DNA from: Bryobacteraceae bacterium
GTDB lineage: Bacteria; Acidobacteriota; Terriglobia; Bryobacterales; Bryobacteraceae
Direction: 5' to 3'
DNA length: 64,000 nt
Assembly: GCA_014860455.1 (NCBI GenBank)
Contig: JACZJQ010000025.1
Coordinates: 2,850-66,849, forward strand
The notes beneath the pieces are model-generated. The model saw only the letters and a program-made list of their open reading frames with translations, ran no database searches and had not been told where the DNA came from. The position numbers and the translations under genes are program-made. Positions 27,070-34,850 of this stretch are shown here, one piece after another. Positions within the stretch are counted from its first letter, which is position 1; the number at the start of each line of letters is the position of its first letter.

Positions 27070-28491
27070 ATGAAACGCCGTGATTTTCTTGCCTCAACAG
27101 GGGCGGGCGCATTTGCGCCGCCTGAAATTCGGATGGAGGGATCGATGGCCACGCCGGGCGGGCCGGCCGCACAGCAGAGGCCCAACGTCATTTGGCTGTT
27201 CGGCGACCAGCACCGTGCGCAGGCGCTTTCCTGCATGCACGATCCCAACGTGCGCACGCCGAACATCGACCGCATGTCGGTGGATGGCGTCGGCTTCACC
27301 GGCGCCACGTCGGGCTTTCCGCTGTGCTGCCCGTTCCGCGGATCGCTGCTGACGGGCAGGTATCCGCATCACGCCGTGGTGGGCCACGAGTATCCGCTGC
27401 CGCCGGGCCAGCCCACCATCGCGCAGCCGTTCAAGGAAGCCGGCTACCACACGGCGTGGTTCGGCAAGTGGCATCTCTGCGGCTGGCAGGAGCGCAACGG
27501 GCGAGGGGCGCACTACATCTCGACGCCGGCGCAGCGCGGCGGATTCGACCAGTGGGTGGGCTACGACAACAACAACTCGCAGTGGGATTCCTGGGTCCAC
27601 GGCGGCGAAGGTAAGGACGCTTTTCACTATCGCCTGCCTGGCTACGAAACCGATGAACTAACCAACCTGTTCATCAAATACATCCGCGAACGCGGCGCGG
27701 ACAAGAAACCGTTCTTCGCTTCGCTGTCGGTGCAGCCGCCGCACGATCCGTATGTCGCGCCGCCGGAATACATGCGCCGCTTCGCCCCCGCCAAACTCGA
27801 GATGCGGCCCAACGTGCCCAACACGCCCGAGGTGCAGGACCTGGCGCGGCGCGAGCTGGCCGGTTATTACGCGATGATCGAGAACTGGGACGACAACATC
27901 GCCCGCATCCGCGCGGCGCTGGATCAGGCCGGGCTGTCGTTCAACACGCACATCGTCTTCTTCTCAGACCACGGCGACATGCACGGCTCGCATGGGATGT
28001 ATCGAAAGATGAACCCGTATGAAGAGTCCATCCGCATCCCGTTTATTATCTCGGGATCGACGCCGCGGTATGGGAACCGCGTGGGTCGCTTCCCGGTGCC
28101 GCTGAACGCGCCCGACATCGCGCCGACGACGCTGGGGCTTTGCGGCATCAGGAAACCGTCATGGATGGAGGGCTCGGATTTCTCGGCGTTCCGCACGGGT
28201 ACGGGTCCCTTGCCCTCGATGCCCGATTCGGCGTATCTGCAAACGGTGGTTCCGACGGGTCATGCCAATTCGGTGAACAAGCCCTATCGGGGCCTGGTGA
28301 CGCGGGACGGCTGGAAGTACGCCTGTTTCGACGGCATGTCGTATGTGATGTTCAACCTGAACGACGATCCGTATGAGCAGGTGAACCTGGCGCACAACAG
28401 CCGCTATCGCGCCGAACGGAAAAAGTTGATCGGGCGCGTCCGGCAGTGGGTGGCCGACACCGGCGACAAGTTCAACGTGGCAGAGGACTGA
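27070..28491 (+). CDS. Cys-type sulfatase with a Tat signal
   Basis: Tat signal MKRRDFLASTGAGAFA. The formylglycine motif CxPxR is in PLCCPFRGSLLTGRYP. The N-terminal metal site is FGDQH. GKWH and FFSDHGD are present. Confidence 0.9.
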   Translation: MKRRDFLASTGAGAFAPPEIRMEGSMATPGGPAAQQRPNVIWLFGDQHRAQALSCMHDPNVRTPNIDRMSVDGVGFTGATSGFPLCCPFRGSLLTGRYPHHAVVGHEYPLPPGQPTIAQPFKEAGYHTAWFGKWHLCGWQERNGRGAHYISTPAQRGGFDQWVGYDNNNSQWDSWVHGGEGKDAFHYRLPGYETDELTNLFIKYIRERGADKKPFFASLSVQPPHDPYVAPPEYMRRFAPAKLEMRPNVPNTPEVQDLARRELAGYYAMIENWDDNIARIRAALDQAGLSFNTHIVFFSDHGDMHGSHGMYRKMNPYEESIRIPFIISGSTPRYGNRVGRFPVPLNAPDIAPTTLGLCGIRKPSWMEGSDFSAFRTGTGPLPSMPDSAYLQTVVPTGHANSVNKPYRGLVTRDGWKYACFDGMSYVMFNLNDDPYEQVNLAHNSRYRAERKKLIGRVRQWVADTGDKFNVAED

Positions 28492-28497
28492 TTTGGC

Positions 28498-28875
28498 CTA
28501 CTGATGCACCGAGTGCTGCGGCTGCGGCGGGTTGAGCTTGACTTCGATGGTGCGCTCGGCTTCTTCGATTTCGTAGGACTCGCCGAAGGTCTGGTAGCCT
28601 TTGGCGATCACCTGGACGACGAAGGTGCCCTGGGGCAGCGGCGGGATCTTGGCGACGCCGTCCTGGTTGGTCTTGAGCTGGTAGGAGGTGATCACCTTCT
28701 TGCCGAGTTTCAGTTTCGAGCGGCCCCGGTCGTAGCGCACGATGACGCTGGCGCGGTCCACGGGCTTGCCACTCAGGGTTTTCACTTCGACGCGCAGGGT
28801 GGTCGTCGGCGGGTCGGCCAAAGCCGGCACGGCGAGGACAAGAGGAAGCAGCAAAGCCATCAGTCTCATGCGCAT
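28498..28875 (-). CDS. Small secreted CarboxypepD_reg-like protein
   Basis: Signal peptide MRMRLMALLLPLVLAVPALA, followed by LRVEVKTLSGKPVDRASVIV and GTFVVQVIAKGYQ (beta-sandwich pattern). Confidence 0.7.
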   Translation of the reverse strand: MRMRLMALLLPLVLAVPALADPPTTTLRVEVKTLSGKPVDRASVIVRYDRGRSKLKLGKKVITSYQLKTNQDGVAKIPPLPQGTFVVQVIAKGYQTFGESYEIEEAERTIEVKLNPPQPQHSVHQ

Positions 28876-28884
28876 GACTCCATT

Positions 28885-30207
28885 TTAGGCGATATCGGGC
28901 AGCAGGTAGTTGGACGGACCGCCCAGCCGCGCCGTTGCATGCGAGGCGGCGATGTATCCGCTGCGGACCGCGCCTTCCATCGTGGAGGGCCAACCAGAGC
29001 GGGTCCAGTCGCCGGCCAGCGATAGGTTGTCATAGATTGTGCCGGGGCCGGGGCGGTAGGTTTCCAGTCCTGGCGAGGCCGAGAAAGTCGCCTTCAATTC
29101 CTTGACGACGTGGGCGTCTGTCAGCGTGGCTTGGCTGATGCCGGGCAGGAACTCGGCGAGTTCCTTGAGAGCGAGCGCCACAAGGTCCTTCTTCGACATC
29201 GTGATCAGCGATCGCGAGGCGCTGACGACGAGTTGGAGATAGCGGCCATCCTGCTTGTTGAAGAACCACTGAATCGTCCGGTCGAGCAGCGAGCCATGGG
29301 GCAGCGCGGTGACAGGCCGGTCGAACCACAGGTGGATGCCGGTGATGGGCGACGGTTCAAACCGGCTCCATTCGATTCCGAGCTTAGGCGCAAGTAGAGC
29401 CAGGCGGTCAGATGGCAGGGCCGAGACGTAATGGTCCGCCGTCAATGTCTCGCCGCCGCATTCGATGCCCTCGATCCGGCTGCCGGAGGCGAGGATGGCG
29501 GTGACTGCCGTGCGGATCCGGAACTTCACGCCAGGCATCGACGCCCAATTGCTTTCGCTGTACAACTGGCTGAGCGGGATCCTGGGGACGCCCATCTGGT
29601 AGCTGGTCTTCGTTGCCATGAAGCCGAGCCAGAAGACCTGGAAGCCATGCGCGGCGGCCATTCGGTCGAGCTCCTCGTTGATGGCGCTCACAAGCACCGG
29701 ATGCCAGAAGCGCTCGATTGCTCCGCGCGTCTGGCGCTTTTCGCGGAGCCAGTCGAGCATCGAGATCGTATCGAGATCCGTGCGCCGAAGGCGTTCGCGG
29801 CGCAATGCGAGCAGTGCGCGGGCGACGGCGAACTTGTCGGCGAGCGAAAGAAACTTCAGCGAGGCGAACGATCCGGTGAAGTGCAAAGGCGCGGGCAGCG
29901 CGCCGGCTTTCATGGTGGAGATGCGGCCGCCGGGTTCGATGAAACTGATGCGCGAGTGGAATTCAATGGCGTCTTCGACGCCGAGGCGGCGGTAGAAATC
30001 CAGCAGGTTGACGCAGCAGCGCAGCAGGATATGCTGGCAGTTGTCGATGGAGAGGCCAGTACTCAGGCCGGGGATTTCGTATGAAGCCGCGCGCCCGCCG
30101 GGAAAGGGCTTCGCTTCGAGGATTTCGACATCATGGCCGTCGCCGCCCAAGGCCGCAGCCGCGGCGAGTCCGGCGAGTCCTCCGCCGATGACGACGATAC
30201 GGGCCAT
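28885..30207 (-). CDS. FAD-dependent oxidoreductase, HpnE (hydroxysqualene dehydroxylase)/amine-oxidase-like
   Basis: The dinucleotide fold is IVVIGGGLAGLAAAAAL...LEAKPFPGGRAAS. IDNCQHILLRCCVNLLDFYRRLG resembles the HpnE signature DNGQHILLGAY. The CDS call is firm; the specific function is tentative. Confidence 0.8.
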   Translation of the reverse strand: MARIVVIGGGLAGLAAAAALGGDGHDVEILEAKPFPGGRAASYEIPGLSTGLSIDNCQHILLRCCVNLLDFYRRLGVEDAIEFHSRISFIEPGGRISTMKAGALPAPLHFTGSFASLKFLSLADKFAVARALLALRRERLRRTDLDTISMLDWLREKRQTRGAIERFWHPVLVSAINEELDRMAAAHGFQVFWLGFMATKTSYQMGVPRIPLSQLYSESNWASMPGVKFRIRTAVTAILASGSRIEGIECGGETLTADHYVSALPSDRLALLAPKLGIEWSRFEPSPITGIHLWFDRPVTALPHGSLLDRTIQWFFNKQDGRYLQLVVSASRSLITMSKKDLVALALKELAEFLPGISQATLTDAHVVKELKATFSASPGLETYRPGPGTIYDNLSLAGDWTRSGWPSTMEGAVRSGYIAASHATARLGGPSNYLLPDIA

Positions 30208-30210
30208 TGC

Positions 30211-30327
30211 TCAGCAGGCAACTGGAAGACGCGACCTCTTGCCCCCGCCGATGTCGGAATCCCAGTTGGCGGCGATCCAGATCACGATCAGGAGGAACAA
30301 GATGTAGATGACGTCTGACAGCTCCAT
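30211..30327 (-). CDS. Candidate 38-aa single-TM peptide (not in the supplied ORF track)
   Basis: My translation is MELSDVIYILFLLIVIWIAANWDSDIGGGKRSRLPVAC*. AAGGA lies 4 nt upstream of the ATG. About 31 of 37 codons end in G/C. The stop is 3 nt before the HpnE-like ATG. Confidence 0.45.
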   Translation of the reverse strand: MELSDVIYILFLLIVIWIAANWDSDIGGGKRSRLPVAC

Positions 30328-30411
30328 GAGTCCTTTCAGTTTTCAGTCAAACTCCGTAGAACGCAATCCCCCAAAGGTCCTGGTACCCCGGTGAATCGCC
30401 TGAGGCGATTC

Positions 30412-32565
30412 TCACCCGCGCCGCTTCCTGCGCCCAAACTCTTCCACCATGTTACGGACCATCAACTGGCCGTGGCCCGAGTCCTGCGACAGCAGCGACT
30501 CGGGATGGAACTGCACGGCCTCCACGGGCAGGTCGCGATGGCGGACGCCCATGATGACGCCGTCCTCGCTCTCGGCCGTGATTTCCAGGCACTCCGGCAA
30601 CTTCTCGCGGATGGCGTAGAGCGAATGATAGCGGCCCACCTTCACGCGTCCCGGCAGTCCGCGGAAGACGCCTTTGCCCTGATGGATCACCGTGGACGGC
30701 TTGCCGTGCATCGGGTAATCCAGTACGCCGAGTTCGCCGCCGAAGGCTTCGACAATGCCCTGCAGACCGAGGCAGACGCCGAACACCGGAATGCCCGCCG
30801 TGGCTGCGTAGCGCGCGACATCGGGCACGCCGAAATCGGCGGGCCGGCCTGGCCCTGGGGAGATGAGGATGATGTCGGGACGGATCTCGTTGATCATTTC
30901 GAGCGGGAAACCGGCGCGATAGGTCACCACATCGGCGCCGGTCTGGCGGACGTAGTTGGCCAGGGTTTGAATGAAACAGTCGTCGTTATCCACCAGCAGG
31001 AGCTTCACGCCCTTGCCCGGTTGTGCGCTGTCATCGTCTCCCACGCCCGCGTCCTTCGGCGGGTGGAGCGAACGGAAAAAGCCAGTGGCCTTGAGCCGCG
31101 TCTCGGCCTCTTCAGCGGCGGGGTCTGAATCGTAGAGCAGCGTCGCGCCTGCCGGGTACTTCGCGAGTCCATCTTTGAGGTGGACCGTGCGGATGAGGAT
31201 GCCGGTGTTGATATCGCCGCTCAGCGACAACATGCCGACGGCGCCGCCATACCAGCCGCGGGCATCTTTTTCGAGATCCTCGACCGTCTGCGCGGCTGCT
31301 TTCTTTGGCGCGCCGATGACGGTGACCGCCCACATGTGCGACAAAAACGCGTCCAGCGAATCGAAGCCTTCGTCGAGGATGCCTTCGACGTGATCGACTG
31401 TGTGGAACAGTCCCGCGTAGCGTTCGATCAGCCGGCGCCCGATCACCTTCACCGACCCTGGCACGCAGACGCGCGACTTGTCGTTGCGGTCGACGTCGGT
31501 GCACATCGTCAGCTCAGACTCTTCCTTGGGCGAGTTCAGCAACTCGCGGATGGCATCGTGGTCGCGCAGCGGATCGCCTGTCCTGCGGGCCGTGCCGGAG
31601 ATCGGGCAGGTCTCCACGCGCTTGCCCTCGACGCGTACAAACATCTCCGGCGATGCGCCCACCAGTTGCTCGTCGCCAAGCTGCAACAGGAACTCGTAGG
31701 GGCTTGGACTCTGCGTCTGCACACGCTCGAACAGCTTCGACACGCTGCCGGCGAATCCGGCCGTGAAGCTCTGGCGCAGGACCACCTCGTAGTAGTCGCC
31801 CACCTTCATGCCGGCGCGCACCTTCTCCACCTTGGCCATGTACTCTTCGGGCTTGTGGTCGGACACAATCGTGCGCGAAGCGGCGGGCTTGGCGGGCTTG
31901 TCAACGGATTCTGTCTCGCGCGTCATGCCGCTGGTGGACTCGCCGCCAAGGGCGAAATCGTACTGGAAGCGTTCAATCACCTCACGCTTGCGGTCCATGA
32001 AATGGATGTCGTCGCAGAGGAAAAGATGGAGGTCTTTCTGCTCGCCGCGCGGCAGCTTCAGCTCGATGGGATCGAACTGGAACAGCAGGTCATAACCAAA
32101 CGCGCCGACCAGTCCAAGGCGTCCGTCTTCCGCGTTAGCGAACTCCTGAACCAGCGCCCGCAGCACGGAAAACACCGACGGCTGCTTGCTGCGCTCTTCT
32201 TCCGGAAACAGCGCCGGCAGCGGCTTCAGCGTGCCGGAGAAGCCGTTCCCGCGGACTTCAAGTTCCGCCCAATGCGGGTGGCCGGCCAGCACCTGGTGCA
32301 TCATGCGCACGATCGACTCGCCGCGTGGATTCAGCGCGTTGAAATCCACCTGGCGGCCGCGCGAGACGATCTCCATCGGCGGATTCAGGCTGGCGACATC
32401 CCATCGCGAATACCGTTCCGGGTACTCGTAGCCGGACGACAAATAGATGCCGCGCCGGCTGTCGAGTTTGCGCAGCAGGTGCTTGAGCCCGCGCTTGAAG
32501 TTGAGGTGAGACACGGTCCGTGTGACGACAATACCGGAGGGTGTCGTGTACTGAAGTTGTCGCAT
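30412..32565 (-). CDS. trpE: Anthranilate synthase, fused component I-component II (TrpE-TrpG)
   Basis: 717 aa. The chorismate-binding part includes GAPKKAA and GWYGGAVG. The C-terminal class I glutamine amidotransferase has GVCLGLQ, VRHRDLPVEAVQFHPES. Confidence 0.93.
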   Translation of the reverse strand: MRQLQYTTPSGIVVTRTVSHLNFKRGLKHLLRKLDSRRGIYLSSGYEYPERYSRWDVASLNPPMEIVSRGRQVDFNALNPRGESIVRMMHQVLAGHPHWAELEVRGNGFSGTLKPLPALFPEEERSKQPSVFSVLRALVQEFANAEDGRLGLVGAFGYDLLFQFDPIELKLPRGEQKDLHLFLCDDIHFMDRKREVIERFQYDFALGGESTSGMTRETESVDKPAKPAASRTIVSDHKPEEYMAKVEKVRAGMKVGDYYEVVLRQSFTAGFAGSVSKLFERVQTQSPSPYEFLLQLGDEQLVGASPEMFVRVEGKRVETCPISGTARRTGDPLRDHDAIRELLNSPKEESELTMCTDVDRNDKSRVCVPGSVKVIGRRLIERYAGLFHTVDHVEGILDEGFDSLDAFLSHMWAVTVIGAPKKAAAQTVEDLEKDARGWYGGAVGMLSLSGDINTGILIRTVHLKDGLAKYPAGATLLYDSDPAAEEAETRLKATGFFRSLHPPKDAGVGDDDSAQPGKGVKLLLVDNDDCFIQTLANYVRQTGADVVTYRAGFPLEMINEIRPDIILISPGPGRPADFGVPDVARYAATAGIPVFGVCLGLQGIVEAFGGELGVLDYPMHGKPSTVIHQGKGVFRGLPGRVKVGRYHSLYAIREKLPECLEITAESEDGVIMGVRHRDLPVEAVQFHPESLLSQDSGHGQLMVRNMVEEFGRRKRRG

Positions 32566-32649
32566 CGTGAGAATCGCCGAAGGGGTGCTTAGAACTCAGG
32601 TTAGCATCTGGACGCGACGAGGGGTCTCTGGATCCGAACAACGGGATGG

Positions 32650-32726
32650 TGGTGGGCCCTGCAGGACTTGAACCTGCAACCAACGGATTATGAGTCCGCT
32701 GCACTAACCAATTGTGCTAAGGGCCC
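32650..32726 (-). tRNA. tRNA with CAU anticodon (elongator Met or, more likely, lysidine-type Ile2)
   Basis: The cloverleaf folds by hand: acceptor GGGCCCT/AGGGCCC, D stem GCAC/GTGC, anticodon stem GCGGA/TCCGT, loop CTCATAA, T arm GCAGG-TTCAAGT-CCTGC. CCA is encoded. There is no initiator-type 1:72 mismatch. It is similar to my recollection of E. coli ileX (acceptor C4,C5; TGGTTCAAGTCC). Confidence 0.95.
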
Positions 32727-32905
32727 GAACCCGCGCAGGGCAGAGGGGACACGCCCTCTGCTGCTTCGATACCAGTGTAGCCGGAAGCGCGGGGCATGTT
32801 GGGGCGGGCCAGGCGCATTGGCGCGCGGAGGGGTTGGATGTGGTCGGGAATCGGCCACGGCCGAAGGACTGCCTGCTGGTTTCGTTGGCACACTTTGCCG
32901 GCAGT

Positions 32906-33892
32906 TCAGCGCTGGGGGGAAAGGTCGCCGACGTCAACGGTGTGGCGGCGCAGTTCGCCGAAGTAGCTTCCATCGAGTATGGCAACGGCGCGTGCGCGAA
33001 GCGCAGACGCCTCGGACTTGCGCTTGCACTTCCGCAGCACGCCAGCATAGAGCAGCATGCACCGGCCGGTGTCAGGGTGGGCTGGGCCGAGTGTGGATTC
33101 CGCGAGTGATAACGCCATTCGATAAGCGGCTTCAGCCGCCTTCAGGTCTCCCACTCCCGTTTGAAGCGCTCCGCAAAGGAGGTAGAGCGAGAGGGAGTGG
33201 GCCTCGCCGCCGGATATGAGCCGTCCGGCGATAGCAAGGCCGCGCCGTCCCACTGCCTGGGCGTCCGAACTCCGGTTGGAACGGCTGTAGATCTGTGTCA
33301 GATTGCAGATGACCGCGAGCAGTGGGCGGCTGTCGGGTTTCACCCGCTCATAAATGCTCAGGGCGTGGAGCCAAGCGGTTTCCGCGTCGTGGATTCGGCC
33401 CGCGGCGACTTCGATGTGGCCGAGGATGAGGTGGAGCGCGGCGGTCAGGGGCTCCTGGGGATACTGTTTGAGCAATCGCGAGGCGATCGAGCGGATGCCG
33501 AGACGCTCTGCCTTGCCAACCATTACGTTCTCCAGGTACATCGCAGCCAAATTGCAGATGGGCTGAACCGCCTGAAGTTCATCAGGGCGATCGGCTTTCC
33601 GCCAGGCCGCGATGGACCGCAGGTAGTGATCCTCGGCTTCGGCGTACCGTCCCAGGGCATCATAGACGGTCCCAAGGCTGTTCAGCATTGCGGCGGTGAC
33701 GGTGTTGTCAGCACCCTGGTTCTCCGCTTCCTTGAGCAGCCGGACCAAGGCCGTTTCCCGGTGAGAGGCGTTTGAATTCGGGGATTCACTCATGATGGCG
33801 GTCAGGCGTCTCAGCAGATCTTCCTGATCGCCCCAGACCTGATCAGACCAGCAGAGCAGGATACAGAACGCGGAGAAGGACTTCGCTATCAT
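32906..33892 (-). CDS. Tetratricopeptide-repeat (TPR) protein
   Basis: Repeated units of the form A..LN.LG..Y...GRY.EAE..Y..(A/S)L are present, for example LNSLGTVYDALGRYAEAEDHYLRSI. The N-terminus is hydrophobic (MIAKSFSAFCILLCW). Confidence 0.8.
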   Translation of the reverse strand: MIAKSFSAFCILLCWSDQVWGDQEDLLRRLTAIMSESPNSNASHRETALVRLLKEAENQGADNTVTAAMLNSLGTVYDALGRYAEAEDHYLRSIAAWRKADRPDELQAVQPICNLAAMYLENVMVGKAERLGIRSIASRLLKQYPQEPLTAALHLILGHIEVAAGRIHDAETAWLHALSIYERVKPDSRPLLAVICNLTQIYSRSNRSSDAQAVGRRGLAIAGRLISGGEAHSLSLYLLCGALQTGVGDLKAAEAAYRMALSLAESTLGPAHPDTGRCMLLYAGVLRKCKRKSEASALRARAVAILDGSYFGELRRHTVDVGDLSPQR

Positions 33893-34039
33893 ACGAGCCT
33901 CCTGGCGGGCATCGTGAGGGCTGCGGCTATCGGGAGCCGCTCAGAGGTGAAAGAAATCTGGAGGAATCGGATGGCCGGGCAAAGCCGTCGTCTTCCCGGT
34001 TCAATGGCTGGAACCCAATCCGCATAAATTGGGAGATTC

Positions 34040-34059
34040 GGGGGGCCGGGCTGCCCCCC
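34040..34059 (-). terminator. Possible terminator hairpin
   Basis: Stem ggggggc (34040-34046) / gcccccc (34053-34059) lies 12 nt past the stop at 34071. The T tail is weak. Confidence 0.3.
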
Positions 34060-34070
34060 GCGGCGGCTCA

Positions 34071-34484
34071 TCAGTTGGCCGCAATCAATACGAACTCGCC
34101 CCGATTCTTGGCGGTGTAGGTCTTCTCCCAAGCGCGTCTTTCCTTCGACAGCGGGAGCGTAACCGAGGCGCCCGTCCCGCTGGAACGGAACTCGCGGAGC
34201 ACGTGGAAATCGCCGACCTTCTCGAAGACCAGGTGATCTCTGCCGTCAATCTGCACATTACCCTTCGGCCGGGTCACAAGGTATCTGGCAAACCCGTTAT
34301 TCGGGTCTTCAGGCGTCATCTTGAGGATGTGGGCAGCGACGCGGCTGAGCGAATAGTGGCCCGAATGGAAATCCGAGCCGTAGCCGATGAAATCGAACGG
34401 AATCTGGAAATCTCTGGTCTGTGCGCCCAGCCCGCCTGGCAGGGCAAACAACAGCAACACGGCGAGCAAGCAATAGAGTCTCAT
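34071..34484 (-). CDS. Hypothetical secreted protein
   Basis: Signal peptide MRLYCLLAVLLLFALPGGLGAQ. I recognise no motif. Confidence 0.65.
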   Translation of the reverse strand: MRLYCLLAVLLLFALPGGLGAQTRDFQIPFDFIGYGSDFHSGHYSLSRVAAHILKMTPEDPNNGFARYLVTRPKGNVQIDGRDHLVFEKVGDFHVLREFRSSGTGASVTLPLSKERRAWEKTYTAKNRGEFVLIAAN

Positions 34485-34850
34485 GGGTTTTTCTCCTACG
34501 GAACCTGCCGAGAAGCGAACGCTCCCTCCGGAGCATGATCTGCTTCACCTAAATGGGTGCAGCCGGTGCCGGCCGCCGGACTGCTGGTCCTCGAGCACGT
34601 CCCGGCCAGGTAAGCGGCCAACGGCATCCGGGGGAAGCCATGCGGGACTTGTCGGGCCTGAACATACCCTCCTCGTTTAGACCTCACTGCCCGGCATCGC
34701 AAGCGCCATGAGACCCACATCAAGCGTCAGCAGGCGACTGCCGTCAATTGTCGTCTCTCGTCATCTAATGACGCGTTCCGGGCGGTCAACCCTCTTGTGT
34801 TCCAGCCATCTCGGATCCATAATTTGAGCGTTCATACTTCCGATCCAACA

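Noticed and set aside
27172-27200. DQ instead of DD in the N-terminal metal site of the first sulfatase (FGDQH), considered as an inactivating change
   Set aside because: As I recall, a DQ variant occurs in active members of the sulfatase superfamily (choline-sulfatase-like enzymes). The CxPxR motif and other blocks are intact.
30393-30411. Hairpin gaatcgcc-tga-ggcgattc directly after the trpE(G) stop, considered as a terminator
   Set aside because: The loop is only 3 nt and there is no T-rich tail on the minus strand. Read-through into the small ORF and HpnE-like gene seems as likely.
30404-32578. 12-nt inverted repeat gtgagaatcgcc flanking trpE(G) (30404-30415 and 32567-32578), which could suggest a mobile cassette
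   Set aside because: Many 12-mer coincidences are expected by chance in 64 kb of biased-composition DNA. There are no extended repeats, target duplication or recombinase.
31180-32592. 470-aa plus-strand ORF opposite trpE(G)
   Set aside because: It is antisense to the anthranilate synthase fusion and has no motif.
32258-33219. ORFs 32258..32704(-), 32668..33219(+) and others overlapping the tRNA
   Set aside because: They run through a well-folding tRNA gene and the trpE(G) start region. Their composition is implausible for coding sequence.
32727-34850. tRNA-adjacent genomic island
   Set aside because: There is no integrase, no direct repeat of the tRNA 3' end, and the 3' side of the tRNA faces housekeeping trpE(G). 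The TPR and secreted genes on the other side show no mobility signature.
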